Below are positions 23,654-32,000 of a DNA stretch of 32,000 nt, piece by piece. Origin of the DNA: Xylanibacter ruminicola 23 (GTDB lineage: Bacteria; Bacteroidota; Bacteroidia; Bacteroidales; Bacteroidaceae); assembly GCF_000025925.1 (NCBI RefSeq), contig NC_014033.1:450001-482000 (forward strand). Direction: 5' to 3'. Every line of letters begins with the position of its first letter. The first letter of the stretch is position 1. The notes beneath the pieces are model-generated. The model saw only the letters and a program-made list of their open reading frames with translations, made no database searches and had not been told where the DNA came from. The translations under genes and the position numbers were made by a program.

Positions 23654-24501
23654 AAAATCATCTTTTCAATGGGGGTAACCAGGATGCCCTGGGCGCCCAT
23701 TTCCTTGAGTTTGCCAATAATCTCCCAGAACTGCTTCTGGTCGAGTACGGTGTGAACCGAGCACCACTCCTCATCGGCCAGAGGGATGATGGTGGGGCTC
23801 TTCAGGCCTGGCAGCACATTGATAATCTCCTGCAGGCGGGCCTTGGGGGCGTTCATACGTACATACTTCTTGTCCTCGGCATCCTTTACGGCCTTAAAGC
23901 GGAACAGCATCTGCTCGAGGATGGCTTTCTTTTCGTCGCTCATCTGCTTGTTGCCAATCAGCAGAGCCTCACTCTGCATTACAATCTCAACTTCGCGCAG
24001 ATTATTGCTCACCAGGGTAGAGCCTGATGAAACGATATCAAAGATAGCATCGGCCAGACCAATGCCCGGGCTGATTTCTACGCTACCTGTGATGACATGG
24101 ATTTCGGCATGGATATGATGCTGCTCAAGGAAATGTCGAAGGATTCCGGGGTAGCTGGTGGCAATCTTCTTGCCGTTGAACCACTCTACTCCCTTGTAGT
24201 CGATCTCTTTGGGAATGGCCAGCGAGAGGCGGCATTTTGAGAAGCCGAGACGTGAGATGATATCAGCATCTTCGCCACGCTCAACAAACTCGTTTTCGCC
24301 CACTACACCGATGTCAGCCACTCCACTGGCTACACTCTGTGGGATGTCATCATCGCGGAGGTAAAGAACCTCCAGCGGAAAGTTGGACGACTGCACCAGC
24401 AAGGTGCGTTTTGAGGCACTAACCTTGATGTCAGCCTCTGACAACAGGTTCATGGTGTCCTCAAACAGACGTCCTTTTGATTGTACTGCAATTCTTAACA
24501 T
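23650..24501 (-). CDS. hisG: ATP phosphoribosyltransferase, long form
   Basis: From the internal Met, MLRIAVQSKGRLFEDT is the typical HisG N-terminus. The C-terminal regulatory domain is present (..FWEIIGKLKEMGAQGILVTPIEKMI). The 10 upstream codons in the ORF track would run into the promoter box, so the ATG at 24501 is preferred. Confidence 0.9.
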   Translation of the reverse strand: MLRIAVQSKGRLFEDTMNLLSEADIKVSASKRTLLVQSSNFPLEVLYLRDDDIPQSVASGVADIGVVGENEFVERGEDADIISRLGFSKCRLSLAIPKEIDYKGVEWFNGKKIATSYPGILRHFLEQHHIHAEIHVITGSVEISPGIGLADAIFDIVSSGSTLVSNNLREVEIVMQSEALLIGNKQMSDEKKAILEQMLFRFKAVKDAEDKKYVRMNAPKARLQEIINVLPGLKSPTIIPLADEEWCSVHTVLDQKQFWEIIGKLKEMGAQGILVTPIEKMIL

Positions 24502-24528
24502 ATCGTTAAATCTAAAAAATATCGGGTG

Positions 24529-24536
24529 CAAAATTA
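24529..24536 (-). promoter_or_regulatory. -7 box (TAATTTTG on the minus strand) for the hisGDC operon
   Basis: The plus-strand caaaatta sits 28 nt upstream of the ATG at 24501. Confidence 0.45.
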
Positions 24537-24579
24537 CAAATTTTTCGCGAAATAAGTGTCATTACTGACCAAAAAGTAG

Positions 24580-24587
24580 TACCTTTG
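24580..24587 (+). promoter_or_regulatory. -7 box TACCTTTG for the transglycosylase gene
   Basis: Exact TAnnTTTG match 33 nt upstream of the ATG at 24620. Confidence 0.45.
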
Positions 24588-24619
24588 CACCGTTTTTACT
24601 AACAAAATGGTGCAGATTG

Positions 24620-25753
24620 ATGCGAAAATGGTATAAATATGTCGGTTTTGGGGCGGTTTTGCTATCGCTGGTGTCGTGTTTCGAAAAGAAGCACGAACCC
24701 ATTGTGGCACCCTGGGGCGTGATAGATGATACCGTTTCGGTATCCGACGAGTTTGATCTGCATGATATCCAGACGAGTGGCGAGCTGATTATGGCCACGG
24801 TGAGCGGTCCGCATACCTACTACGAGTATCATGGTAAGAGTCTGGGCACGCAGTTCCTGATTTGTCAGCGTTTTGCCGATTCGCTGGGTGTGCGCCTGCG
24901 TGTAGAGGTGTGCCGCGACAGTATGGAGTTAGTAAAACGTTTTGCCGATGGCGAGGTGGACATTGTGGCCTGGCCTACACCGGGACATATCAGTGCCGAT
25001 ACGGCTAAGAACGACCTGGCTAAGGAGCTGCAGGGCTGGTATCGGCCGGAGCTGATAGCGGCTGTGCAGAAGGAGGAGAACGACCTGCTGACGGTGCGTA
25101 AGGTGCATCGCCGCATTTTCTCGCCCATGCTGGATGCCAAGGGCGGCATTATCTCGCATTACGACGGTTATTTTATGACGTATGCCCGCGACATACGCTG
25201 GGACTGGCGACTGCTGGCTGCCCAGTGTTATCAGGAGTCGACTTTCGACCCGCGTGCCGTATCTTTTGTGGGTGCTAAGGGACTGATGCAGATTATGCCT
25301 GGCACAGCCGACCATCTGGGTGTGCCACGCAGTCAGTTGTACGAGCCTGAGACGAACATACGTGCGGCGGTGAAATATATCGGACAGCTGCAGAACACGT
25401 TCTCGGATGTGCGCGATCAGTATGAGCGAACCAATTTTGTGCTGGCCAGTTATAATGGTGGTGCGCACCATATTCGTGATGCGATGAACCTGGCTAAGCG
25501 CGACGGCAGGAACCCACACCGCTGGAGCGAGGTGGCGCCTTATGTGCTGAAGCTGAGTCAGCCCCGCTATTATAACGACCCCATCGTAAAATATGGTTAT
25601 ATGCGTGGTTCGGAGACGGTGGATTACGTGCAGCGAATCCGTCAGCGCCATGCGGGCTATCAGGGTGTGAAATCGCCTCACATGGGATTCCACGGAGTAG
25701 GCAAGCCCCGCAAAGCCGAACAACGAAAAACAAAATATGATATTAAAAATTAG
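24620..25753 (+). CDS. MltF-like lipoprotein: solute-binding-like N-domain plus SLT lytic transglycosylase domain
   Basis: Lipobox-like leader (GAVLLSLVSCF). SLT catalytic motif AQCYQESTFDPRAVSFVGAKGLMQIMPGTA, followed by SYNGGAHH. The first codon in the ORF track (24617) is a TTG immediately before the ATG at 24620. Confidence 0.85.
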   Translation: MRKWYKYVGFGAVLLSLVSCFEKKHEPIVAPWGVIDDTVSVSDEFDLHDIQTSGELIMATVSGPHTYYEYHGKSLGTQFLICQRFADSLGVRLRVEVCRDSMELVKRFADGEVDIVAWPTPGHISADTAKNDLAKELQGWYRPELIAAVQKEENDLLTVRKVHRRIFSPMLDAKGGIISHYDGYFMTYARDIRWDWRLLAAQCYQESTFDPRAVSFVGAKGLMQIMPGTADHLGVPRSQLYEPETNIRAAVKYIGQLQNTFSDVRDQYERTNFVLASYNGGAHHIRDAMNLAKRDGRNPHRWSEVAPYVLKLSQPRYYNDPIVKYGYMRGSETVDYVQRIRQRHAGYQGVKSPHMGFHGVGKPRKAEQRKTKYDIKN

Positions 25754-25789
25754 GCACGGATTACGCTGCTTAACACTGATTTTATTTTT

Positions 25790-25889
25790 GGCACGGATTA
25801 ACACGGCTTTAATAAATTAAAGACACGGCTCTAGTTGCAATGCTAAAGCCGTGTCTTTTTTATAAAAAAAAGCCGTGTTAATCCGTGCC
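25790..25889. terminator. nested inverted repeats acting as a bidirectional terminator (mltF-like / rpiB)
   Basis: Outer 19-bp perfect inverted repeat: ggcacggattaacacggct 25790-25808 / agccgtgttaatccgtgcc 25871-25889. Inner 12-bp perfect inverted repeat: aaagacacggct 25819-25830 / agccgtgtcttt 25847-25858, followed by T-runs. An additional ggcacggatta copy lies at 25753-25763. Confidence 0.7.
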
Positions 25890-25898
25890 TAAAAAATA

Positions 25899-26342
25899 TT
25901 ATTTCTGTACGGGGATCTTATCTACGCGCTTCTGGTGGCGGCCACCTTCGAAGGTTGCGGTGAAGAACTCGTCCATAATCTTGCGAGCCATGTTATTGTC
26001 GATGAAACGGCCTGGCATTACCAGTACGTTGGCATCGTTGTGCTGACGGATGAGATGTGCAATCTCGGGAATCCAGCACAATCCGGCGCGCACCTGCTGG
26101 TGCTTGTTCAGGGTGATTGAGATACCCTCGCCACTGCCACAGATGGCAATACCGGGATAAACCTCGCCACTCTCGATACCCTCGGCCAGTGCGTGTCCAA
26201 AATCGGGATAGTCTACACTGGCATCGCTCCATGTACCATAGTCCTTAACGGGGTAACCCTTCTCCTCCAGGTACTGGAGCACAAACTGCTTTAAAGCGAA
26301 GCCTGCGTGATCGCAAGCAACTCCAACTGTCTTTACTTCCAT
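25899..26342 (-). CDS. rpiB: ribose-5-phosphate isomerase B
   Basis: 147-aa ORF with GVACDHAGFALK and GIAICGSGEGISI, the RpiB/LacAB family signatures. It lies downstream of tkt. Confidence 0.9.
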   Translation of the reverse strand: MEVKTVGVACDHAGFALKQFVLQYLEEKGYPVKDYGTWSDASVDYPDFGHALAEGIESGEVYPGIAICGSGEGISITLNKHQQVRAGLCWIPEIAHLIRQHNDANVLVMPGRFIDNNMARKIMDEFFTATFEGGRHQKRVDKIPVQK

Positions 26343-26357
26343 AGTCTTAAAATTTAA

Positions 26358-26434
26358 GGCACGAATTACACGAATTTCACGAATTTTACTAGCAATGAGT
26401 AAAATAATTCGTGTTAATTCGCGAAATTCGTGCC
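26358..26434. repeat. REP-like imperfect palindrome built from CACGAATT-type units
   Basis: ggcacgaattacacgaatttcacgaatt ... aattcgtgttaattcgcgaaattcgtgcc. The terminal 10 nt are perfectly complementary, and a central 6-bp hairpin is present (tttact/agtaaa). The element lies in the tkt-rpiB spacer and is related to the GGCACGGATTA elements at 25753-25889. Confidence 0.6.
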
Positions 26435-26444
26435 AGATTATTAA

Positions 26445-28457
26445 TTAAGCAAGCAATTTCTTAACCTGCTTGTAAACATTCTCGCCGGTGAAGCCGAGCT
26501 TCTCGTCGAGCACCTTGTAAGGAGCTGAGAAACCGAAGCTCTCCAGACCCCATACGGTACCGTCGGCACCTACCAGACCCTCGAGGTTAACGGGCAGACC
26601 AGCGGTGAGACCGAACTTCTTAACACCTGCGGGCAGTACGCTCTGCTGATACTCCTTGCTCTGGCTGCGGAACAATCCCTCAGAAGGAACGCTAACCACG
26701 CGAACCTTAACGCCATCCTCGCGGAGCAGCTTAGCACCAGCCTCGAGGGTAGAAACCTCGGAACCTGAAGCCAACAGGATTACATCGAACTTCTCATCGC
26801 TACCAGCTACAACGTAAGCACCCTTAGTGGCCTGGCTGTAGTCGTTGCCCTCAGGCAGCATGTCGATATTCTGACGAGAGAAGATAAGAGCTGTAGGAGT
26901 ATCAACATTCTCCATAGCCATGCGCCAGCAAACGGTGGTCTCCTCGGCATCGGCAGGACGAACTACCAATACAGAGTTCTTACCGTGGTGGTTCTTCAGC
27001 TTCTCCATCAGACGGATCTGTGCCTCCTGCTCTACAGGCTCGTGGGTAGGACCATCCTCACCTACACGGAAGGCATCGTGAGTCCAGATGAACTTAACAG
27101 GCAGCTCCATCAGGGCAGCCATACGTACGGCGGGCTTCATGTAATCAGAGAATACAAAGAAGGTACCGCAAGCGGGGATAACACCACCGTGCAGAGCCAT
27201 ACCAATGCAGCAGCAAGCCATGGTGAGCTCGGCTACACCAGCCTCGAAGAAGGCACCGCTGAAGTCGCCACGAACCAGGTCGTGAGTCTTCTTCAAGAAA
27301 CCGTCGGTCTTATCTGAGTTGCTCAGGTCGGCTGATGCACAAATCATGTTGGGAACCTGCTCAGCGAGAGCTGACAGTACAGTAGCGCTGGCACCACGTG
27401 TAGCAGCACCTGCCTTCTGCTCAACCTTGCTCCAGTCGATAACAGGAGCCTTGCCGCTGAACCACTCCTCGAGCTGCTTGGCCTGCTCGGGGTGACCCTT
27501 AGCCCACTCAGCCTTCTCGGCATAGCGCTCAGCTACAATCTTCTTCAGCTCCTCGGCACGCTTTGCGTACATCTCCTGAACCTCGGGGAAGATCTGGAAT
27601 GGGTTCTCGGGATCGGCACCCAGGTTCTTCATGGTGTTGATGTAAGCATCGCCACCGAGAGGAGCACCGTGAGTAGCGCAGTTGCTCTCGTATGAGCTGT
27701 TGTCGGCCTTACGGGCACCCTTACCCATTACACAGTGACCGATGATGAGTGATGGGCGGTCCTTCTCGGCCTGAGCCTTCTTGATGGCCTCGCGAATCTG
27801 GTCAACATCGTTACCGTTAATCTTCTGTACAAACCAGCCCCATGCCTCGTACTTCTTGGCGGTATCCTCGCAGGTAACCACCTCGGTCTTGGTAGAGAGC
27901 TGAATATCGTTAGCGTCGTAGAACATGATGAGGTTGTCGAGTCCCAGGTTACCAGCGATACGACCAGCACCCTGTGAAATCTCCTCCTGTACACCACCGT
28001 CAGAGATGTAGGCGTAGATAGTCTGGTTCATGACGTTGCCCAGACGAGCCTTCAGGAACTTAGCGGCGATGGCAGCACCTACTGCGAAACAGTGACCCTG
28101 ACCGAGAGGACCAGAGGTATTCTCGATGCCGCGCTCAATCTCGCGCTCGGGGTGACCTGGAGTTACTGAACCCCACTGGCGCAGGTTCTTCAGATCCTCG
28201 AGAGTGTACTTGCCGATCAAGGCGAGCTGGCTGTACAGCATTGGAGCCATGTGACCTGGATCGAGGAAGAAACGGTCGCGACCCTCCCATGCGGGATTCT
28301 CGGGATCGTAAACCAGGAACTCACTGTAAAGGGTGTTGATGAAATCAGCACCGCCCATAGCACCGCCGGGGTGACCCGACTTAGCCTTCTCAACCATCGA
28401 AGCAGCAAGGATACGGATATTATCCGCTGCCATGTTCATAACTTTGTTGTCGTTCAT
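26445..28457 (-). CDS. tkt: transketolase
   Basis: 670-aa ORF with the KSGHPGGAMG thiamine-diphosphate motif region and GEDGPTHEPVEQ. Full-length architecture. Confidence 0.95.
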   Translation of the reverse strand: MNDNKVMNMAADNIRILAASMVEKAKSGHPGGAMGGADFINTLYSEFLVYDPENPAWEGRDRFFLDPGHMAPMLYSQLALIGKYTLEDLKNLRQWGSVTPGHPEREIERGIENTSGPLGQGHCFAVGAAIAAKFLKARLGNVMNQTIYAYISDGGVQEEISQGAGRIAGNLGLDNLIMFYDANDIQLSTKTEVVTCEDTAKKYEAWGWFVQKINGNDVDQIREAIKKAQAEKDRPSLIIGHCVMGKGARKADNSSYESNCATHGAPLGGDAYINTMKNLGADPENPFQIFPEVQEMYAKRAEELKKIVAERYAEKAEWAKGHPEQAKQLEEWFSGKAPVIDWSKVEQKAGAATRGASATVLSALAEQVPNMICASADLSNSDKTDGFLKKTHDLVRGDFSGAFFEAGVAELTMACCCIGMALHGGVIPACGTFFVFSDYMKPAVRMAALMELPVKFIWTHDAFRVGEDGPTHEPVEQEAQIRLMEKLKNHHGKNSVLVVRPADAEETTVCWRMAMENVDTPTALIFSRQNIDMLPEGNDYSQATKGAYVVAGSDEKFDVILLASGSEVSTLEAGAKLLREDGVKVRVVSVPSEGLFRSQSKEYQQSVLPAGVKKFGLTAGLPVNLEGLVGADGTVWGLESFGFSAPYKVLDEKLGFTGENVYKQVKKLLA

Positions 28458-28493
28458 AATGAATAATTAATTGAAAAACGTTAAATTTGGGGG

Positions 28494-28501
28494 CAAAGAT
28501 A
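28494..28501 (-). promoter_or_regulatory. -7 box (TATCTTTG on the minus strand) for tkt-rpiB
   Basis: The plus-strand caaagata sits 37 nt upstream of the ATG at 28457. Confidence 0.45.
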
Positions 28502-28504
28502 CAA

Positions 28505-28540
28505 AATTATTCCGAAACAAATCACGGTTTCGGAATAATT
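28505..28540 (-). terminator. hairpin terminator downstream of the GH2 gene, abutting the tkt promoter
   Basis: 14-bp perfect stem (aattattccgaaac 28505-28518 / gtttcggaataatt 28527-28540) with an 8-nt loop. On the minus strand it is followed by ttgtatctttg. It lies 38 nt after the GH2 stop. Confidence 0.55.
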
Positions 28541-28577
28541 ATTTGATTTGGAGCAAAAAATTATTGTAATTTTACAC

Positions 28578-31040
28578 TTATTGCTTGAAAACTCCTATCT
28601 CAACCTTAGTTTTGTCAGTCAAGGATGGCATTCGGCAGGTAACGGTACGCGTTTCGCCTGGGGCCAGCGTCAGGTAGTTGTCGCTCCAGTAGGCGGGGCA
28701 AATCAGCTCGCCCTGGTTCTTGGCTGTTAAGCGAATCATAAATGCCACCTTGTCGGTAGGATTGCTTATTTGTACCTGGTAGCCATCGTTGGTGGGAGTG
28801 GTAGTCAGCTTCACGTCGGTGGTACACAGGCTGTCGAGCATGGCATACGAGGCGTACTTGGTGATAGGGGTGTGTACCCAGGTGGTCTTGTCCCAATCGT
28901 ACGTATCCTTCTCGCTTACAATAAAATATTCGTTGGTGATGTCGTCGCCCAGCTTCAGCAGCAGGAAGGCGGCAGGGGCCTGGGCCATATCGATATCAAA
29001 CACCTTGGTTACCATGCCGGGGGCTATCTCAATCTCCTGGCTGTCGTCGGTGCTCTTGTCGCCTCTCAGCAGTTGCATGCGGGCTGTGGCCTTGGCGGGG
29101 TGCAGCGTCTCGTTAACGGCATACACGGCCTTGGTGTAGTAGTCGTAAATCAGCTGCACAGGGGCGTTGGCTTTCTTTACACCGTAGTAGGCGGCATTGG
29201 GCTGTTTGTAGTAGTCGTACAACTGCCAGTAAATGCCTGGGCGTGAGCTGTTCAGCATCCACTGGATGATGCCTGTGGTGTGGGGCAATCTTACTCGGAA
29301 ACTCTCGAACATTGCCTTGGTGCTCTCGTAGTTCAGCATGTCGGCACGGCGCAGGTACTCGTCGATATCCTTGGCCTCGCTAAAGCGGTTGCGAATCACC
29401 TCGTTCAGCTGTTTCAGCGAGTTCATGTCGCTGCCCGATGCAGTACACAGAATATTCCAGCGCTGGTCGATGGGGAAGAGGTTGGGGCCTAACATCTTCT
29501 GCAGCGACTCTTTCACAGGCAGTTGGGCGCCGATACCCGTCTCAGTATTGAATCCGAATGCGCCTCCAGGAGCATCTGGCAGATACCAGTAGCTGGGACC
29601 CACATACTCGTACGGACCGGCCATCTTGGTGCCTGAAGGACCAGATATCTCGCTCGTCTGGTCCTTGGCCGAAATCAGGTACTGGCGATCGTCCTCGGTG
29701 CTCAGGAACTGCTGATATTTTTTCTCCAGTTCGGGCTTGGGCAGCATGTCGCTACCTACAAACCAGCCGATGATGGATGGGTGATAGCGCAGCCACATCA
29801 CCTGATCCTCGAACGAACGGGCTATCAGGTCGATATTCTCTGGGCTCAGTATGCCGCCGTACAGCTCGTCGCAGGGCGAGCCGATATAGTCCTCCCACTC
29901 CCAGTGGCAGCTCCAGCCCACCAGGATAAAGAGTCCCAGCTCGTCGCACAGGTCGTACAGGTTCTGCGAGGTACCCCAGAAACCCTCCAGGCGCACGGTA
30001 TTCATATTCATGTCGCGCACATACTCCAGTTGCTGGCGATTACTCTCGGGTGTGTCGCGCAGGTAGATATCATCGGTCCAACCGGCACCACGCAGCAGCA
30101 CGGGCTGTCCATTCAGCGAAAAGGCGCGATAACCCTCGTCGGTGAGGTAGCTTTTTATCTCGCGAATACCAAATCGCACATCTTCGAAATCCGAAATTTT
30201 GTGGTCCTCGGCAAACTCAATGTGCAAATCACACAGTTCGGGCTTGCCCATATTGTGGCACCACCACAATTTGGGCTTGTTGATATGTATTTCGGTAGGA
30301 CTTACAAAGCGTTTCTTCTCGCCAGGAGCCAGACTTACGCGGTAGTTGAACTTCTGTCCGTCGGCAGTACCCTGCACGGTGCCTTCGACGGGCTTGTCCG
30401 ACAGGTTGCGCAGTTCGGTGGCGATGGTGAGCCAGGCCTCGTTCAGCGTTTCGGTGTTTACACGCGAACGTACGGCTGAGTGCGACAGGGCCACATTGCC
30501 GCAGGTTTTTACACGCACCTCGCGGTAGATACCCATGTTCTCGTCGGCAGGGCGCGGATTCCAGTCGGCAAAACCGATGTTGGGTTCGCCGGGCTGTGCA
30601 CGAAACACCTCAACCTCCAGCTTGTTCTGTTGGGCAATCTCGTTGGTTACATCATACTCAAACTGTCGGAACGCGCCGTACATCTCCTTGCTGTTGGCTA
30701 TCTGCTTGCCGTTAAGCCATACGTTGGCGCGGTAGCTGATACCATCGAAGTTCAGCACCGCATGTTCGCCCTCGTTGAGTGGTTGCAGATCGAAAGTGGT
30801 GCGGTACTTCCAGCTTTTATCAAACTGTGTTTTGTTAATCCTGGCATAGTCGTCGGCAGTAAGTGCCTCGGGTTCTATGCCGTTGGCAGTGAGCGTACCC
30901 ATCAGGGTGCCAGGCACTTGGGCTGGTATCCAACCATCGGGTGTTTCTACCTCCCAGTTCATATCCAATGTCTTATGCTCGGTACATGCAGCAGCCACAA
31001 CCGCCAGCATCCCCGCCGCCAAAATAGTTTTAAGTTTCAT
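28578..31040 (-). CDS. glycoside hydrolase family 2 protein (beta-mannosidase / exo-glucosaminidase-like), lipoprotein
   Basis: 820-aa ORF with a lipoprotein-type leader (AAGMLAVVAAACTEH). GH2-like layout: an N-terminal sugar-binding region (NFDGISYRANVWLNGKQI), then a TIM-barrel region (DMNMNTVRLEGFWG; GWSCHWEWE). Exact specificity cannot be called. Confidence 0.75.
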   Translation of the reverse strand: MKLKTILAAGMLAVVAAACTEHKTLDMNWEVETPDGWIPAQVPGTLMGTLTANGIEPEALTADDYARINKTQFDKSWKYRTTFDLQPLNEGEHAVLNFDGISYRANVWLNGKQIANSKEMYGAFRQFEYDVTNEIAQQNKLEVEVFRAQPGEPNIGFADWNPRPADENMGIYREVRVKTCGNVALSHSAVRSRVNTETLNEAWLTIATELRNLSDKPVEGTVQGTADGQKFNYRVSLAPGEKKRFVSPTEIHINKPKLWWCHNMGKPELCDLHIEFAEDHKISDFEDVRFGIREIKSYLTDEGYRAFSLNGQPVLLRGAGWTDDIYLRDTPESNRQQLEYVRDMNMNTVRLEGFWGTSQNLYDLCDELGLFILVGWSCHWEWEDYIGSPCDELYGGILSPENIDLIARSFEDQVMWLRYHPSIIGWFVGSDMLPKPELEKKYQQFLSTEDDRQYLISAKDQTSEISGPSGTKMAGPYEYVGPSYWYLPDAPGGAFGFNTETGIGAQLPVKESLQKMLGPNLFPIDQRWNILCTASGSDMNSLKQLNEVIRNRFSEAKDIDEYLRRADMLNYESTKAMFESFRVRLPHTTGIIQWMLNSSRPGIYWQLYDYYKQPNAAYYGVKKANAPVQLIYDYYTKAVYAVNETLHPAKATARMQLLRGDKSTDDSQEIEIAPGMVTKVFDIDMAQAPAAFLLLKLGDDITNEYFIVSEKDTYDWDKTTWVHTPITKYASYAMLDSLCTTDVKLTTTPTNDGYQVQISNPTDKVAFMIRLTAKNQGELICPAYWSDNYLTLAPGETRTVTCRMPSLTDKTKVEIGVFKQ

Positions 31041-31126
31041 ATTTTAATGTTAATACTTCGTATTGAGCCTGCTCACGCTCGACAAAGCCCAAGCAAGCTT
31101 GGCTCTGTTCTCGCTTAATCGCAGCC

Positions 31127-31160
31127 TTTAATGTTAATGTTTAATGTTTAATGTTTAATG
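31127..31160. repeat. tandem heptamer tract (TTTAATG x4 plus one TTAATG unit)
   Basis: tttaatg ttaatg tttaatg tttaatg tttaatg. The stop codon of the ROK gene (31155-31157) lies inside the last unit. Same unit as at 22353-22380. Confidence 0.8.
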
Positions 31161-31979
31161 TAAAGCTGCGGCTCCCAGCATGGCAGCGTTTGGTAAGGTT
31201 GATGGCTGGATGCGGGTGGCAGCTACGTTCTCGGGGTAGGGGAAGGTGCTGAGCTGCTGGCGCATGGGCGCTTCGTAAAGTGCGAATGCGTTGGCTATGC
31301 CGCCACCGATGATGATGGCTTCGGGGGCATAGGTAAACAGCACCGCCTTCATCAGGTTGCCCACATGCGTGCCAAACTCCTGCCACACAGCCAGCGCCTC
31401 CTTGTCGCCAGCCAAAGCCAACTTGGCAAAGTTAGCACCTGTGTCGCCATGCAGCTTACTGAAGAATCGGCTACTGCAGTAAAACTCGTAGTCGGCATCC
31501 AGATAGGGCAGCGAACCTATCTCGCCAGCCCCCGTGTTCACGCCGTTATACAGTTTGCCATCGATGATGATACCTGCGCCAATGCCGGTACCTATCGTCA
31601 GGCCCACCATATTCTGCGTGCCCTTGCCCTCGCCATAGCGCCAGGCACCCAAGGCAAAGCAGTTGGCATCGTTGTTAACGGCTACGGGCACACTAAAGTC
31701 GTTTTCGAGAATCTCCTTCAGGTGTACCTCCTGCCACGAGGGGATATTGGCCACATTATATACGATGCCCTGCTGGCAATCTACCACCGAAGGCACACCC
31801 ACACCAATGCCCGTTACCTCGGGGCGCATCAGCTGGGAAATCTGTCGCTTCAGTTGGGCAAGCACCACCTCCTCGGGCTCCTGTGCGGGGCAGGGCTCTA
31901 TCACGGTATCAACCACCGTGGCGCCATCGGTCAGTCCAACACGCATGTTGGTACCGCCTAAATCAATCGCTATTTTCAT
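31155..31979 (-). CDS. ROK-family sugar kinase
   Basis: 274-aa ORF with IDLGGTNMRVG (ATP-binding DxGxT), NDANCFALGA and GIGAGIIIDGKLYNGVNTGAGEIG (ROK signature). Confidence 0.85.
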   Translation of the reverse strand: MKIAIDLGGTNMRVGLTDGATVVDTVIEPCPAQEPEEVVLAQLKRQISQLMRPEVTGIGVGVPSVVDCQQGIVYNVANIPSWQEVHLKEILENDFSVPVAVNNDANCFALGAWRYGEGKGTQNMVGLTIGTGIGAGIIIDGKLYNGVNTGAGEIGSLPYLDADYEFYCSSRFFSKLHGDTGANFAKLALAGDKEALAVWQEFGTHVGNLMKAVLFTYAPEAIIIGGGIANAFALYEAPMRQQLSTFPYPENVAATRIQPSTLPNAAMLGAAALH

Positions 31980-32000
31980 CTTTATAGGTTACGTTTGCTT

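Noticed and set aside
22880-23755. 291-aa plus-strand ORF opposite hisD/hisG
   Set aside because: It is antisense to two well-supported his genes and has no motifs.
21281-24501. The his operon appearing to stop after hisC (no hisB in the window) as an anomaly
   Set aside because: A clear bidirectional terminator follows hisC, and the remaining his genes can lie elsewhere in the genome. This window gives no evidence of disruption.
24929-25804. 291-aa minus-strand ORF opposite the MltF-like gene
   Set aside because: The plus-strand frame has the SLT catalytic motif and a lipoprotein leader. The antisense frame is rich in H, R and L with no features.
29781-31118. Plus-strand ORFs 29781-30479 and 30480-31118 opposite the GH2 gene
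   Set aside because: They are antisense to a continuous 820-aa frame with a signal peptide and GH2-like motifs. They are shadow ORFs.
31365-31961. 198-aa plus-strand ORF opposite the ROK gene
   Set aside because: The minus-strand frame carries the ROK signature, so this frame is a shadow ORF.

Overview
This looks like a Bacteroidota chromosome, probably a Prevotella/Segatella-like organism. That placement is an inference from TAnnTTTG promoter boxes 25-35 nt upstream of most start codons, a 290-aa primary sigma factor, BspA-type LRR proteins and GGCACG(G/A)ATT intergenic palindromes. No rRNA, tRNA, CRISPR array, transposase or integrase was recognised.

Housekeeping block (19.4-32 kb): rpoD, hisG-hisD-hisC, an MltF-like lytic transglycosylase, tkt-rpiB, a GH2 glycosidase and a ROK kinase.

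Accessory block (0-19.4 kb):
(a) An AAA+ ATPase with a tightly linked unknown downstream gene that runs off the left edge.
(b) A HAD hydrolase.
(c) A visibly AT-rich island of about 8 kb (about 2.9-11.0 kb). It carries an AddB/AddA-like nuclease-helicase pair and an AbiEi/AbiEii type IV toxin-antitoxin module with a candidate operator.
(d) A perfect 366-bp tandem duplication spanning the divergent promoter region between an LRR gene and a Fic gene.
(e) A five-gene cluster at 13.2-19.4 kb whose members all read as NAD/ADP-ribose/ribosyl-handling folds. It contains a PARP-like ART-fold protein, a NADAR protein, a 784-aa fusion ending in an ADP-ribosylglycohydrolase, a PfkB kinase fused to an alpha/beta hydrolase, and a nucleoside deoxyribosyltransferase-like protein.

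Cluster (e) is the best candidate for an undescribed system. All family assignments rest on motifs read from the translations; no database search was possible.
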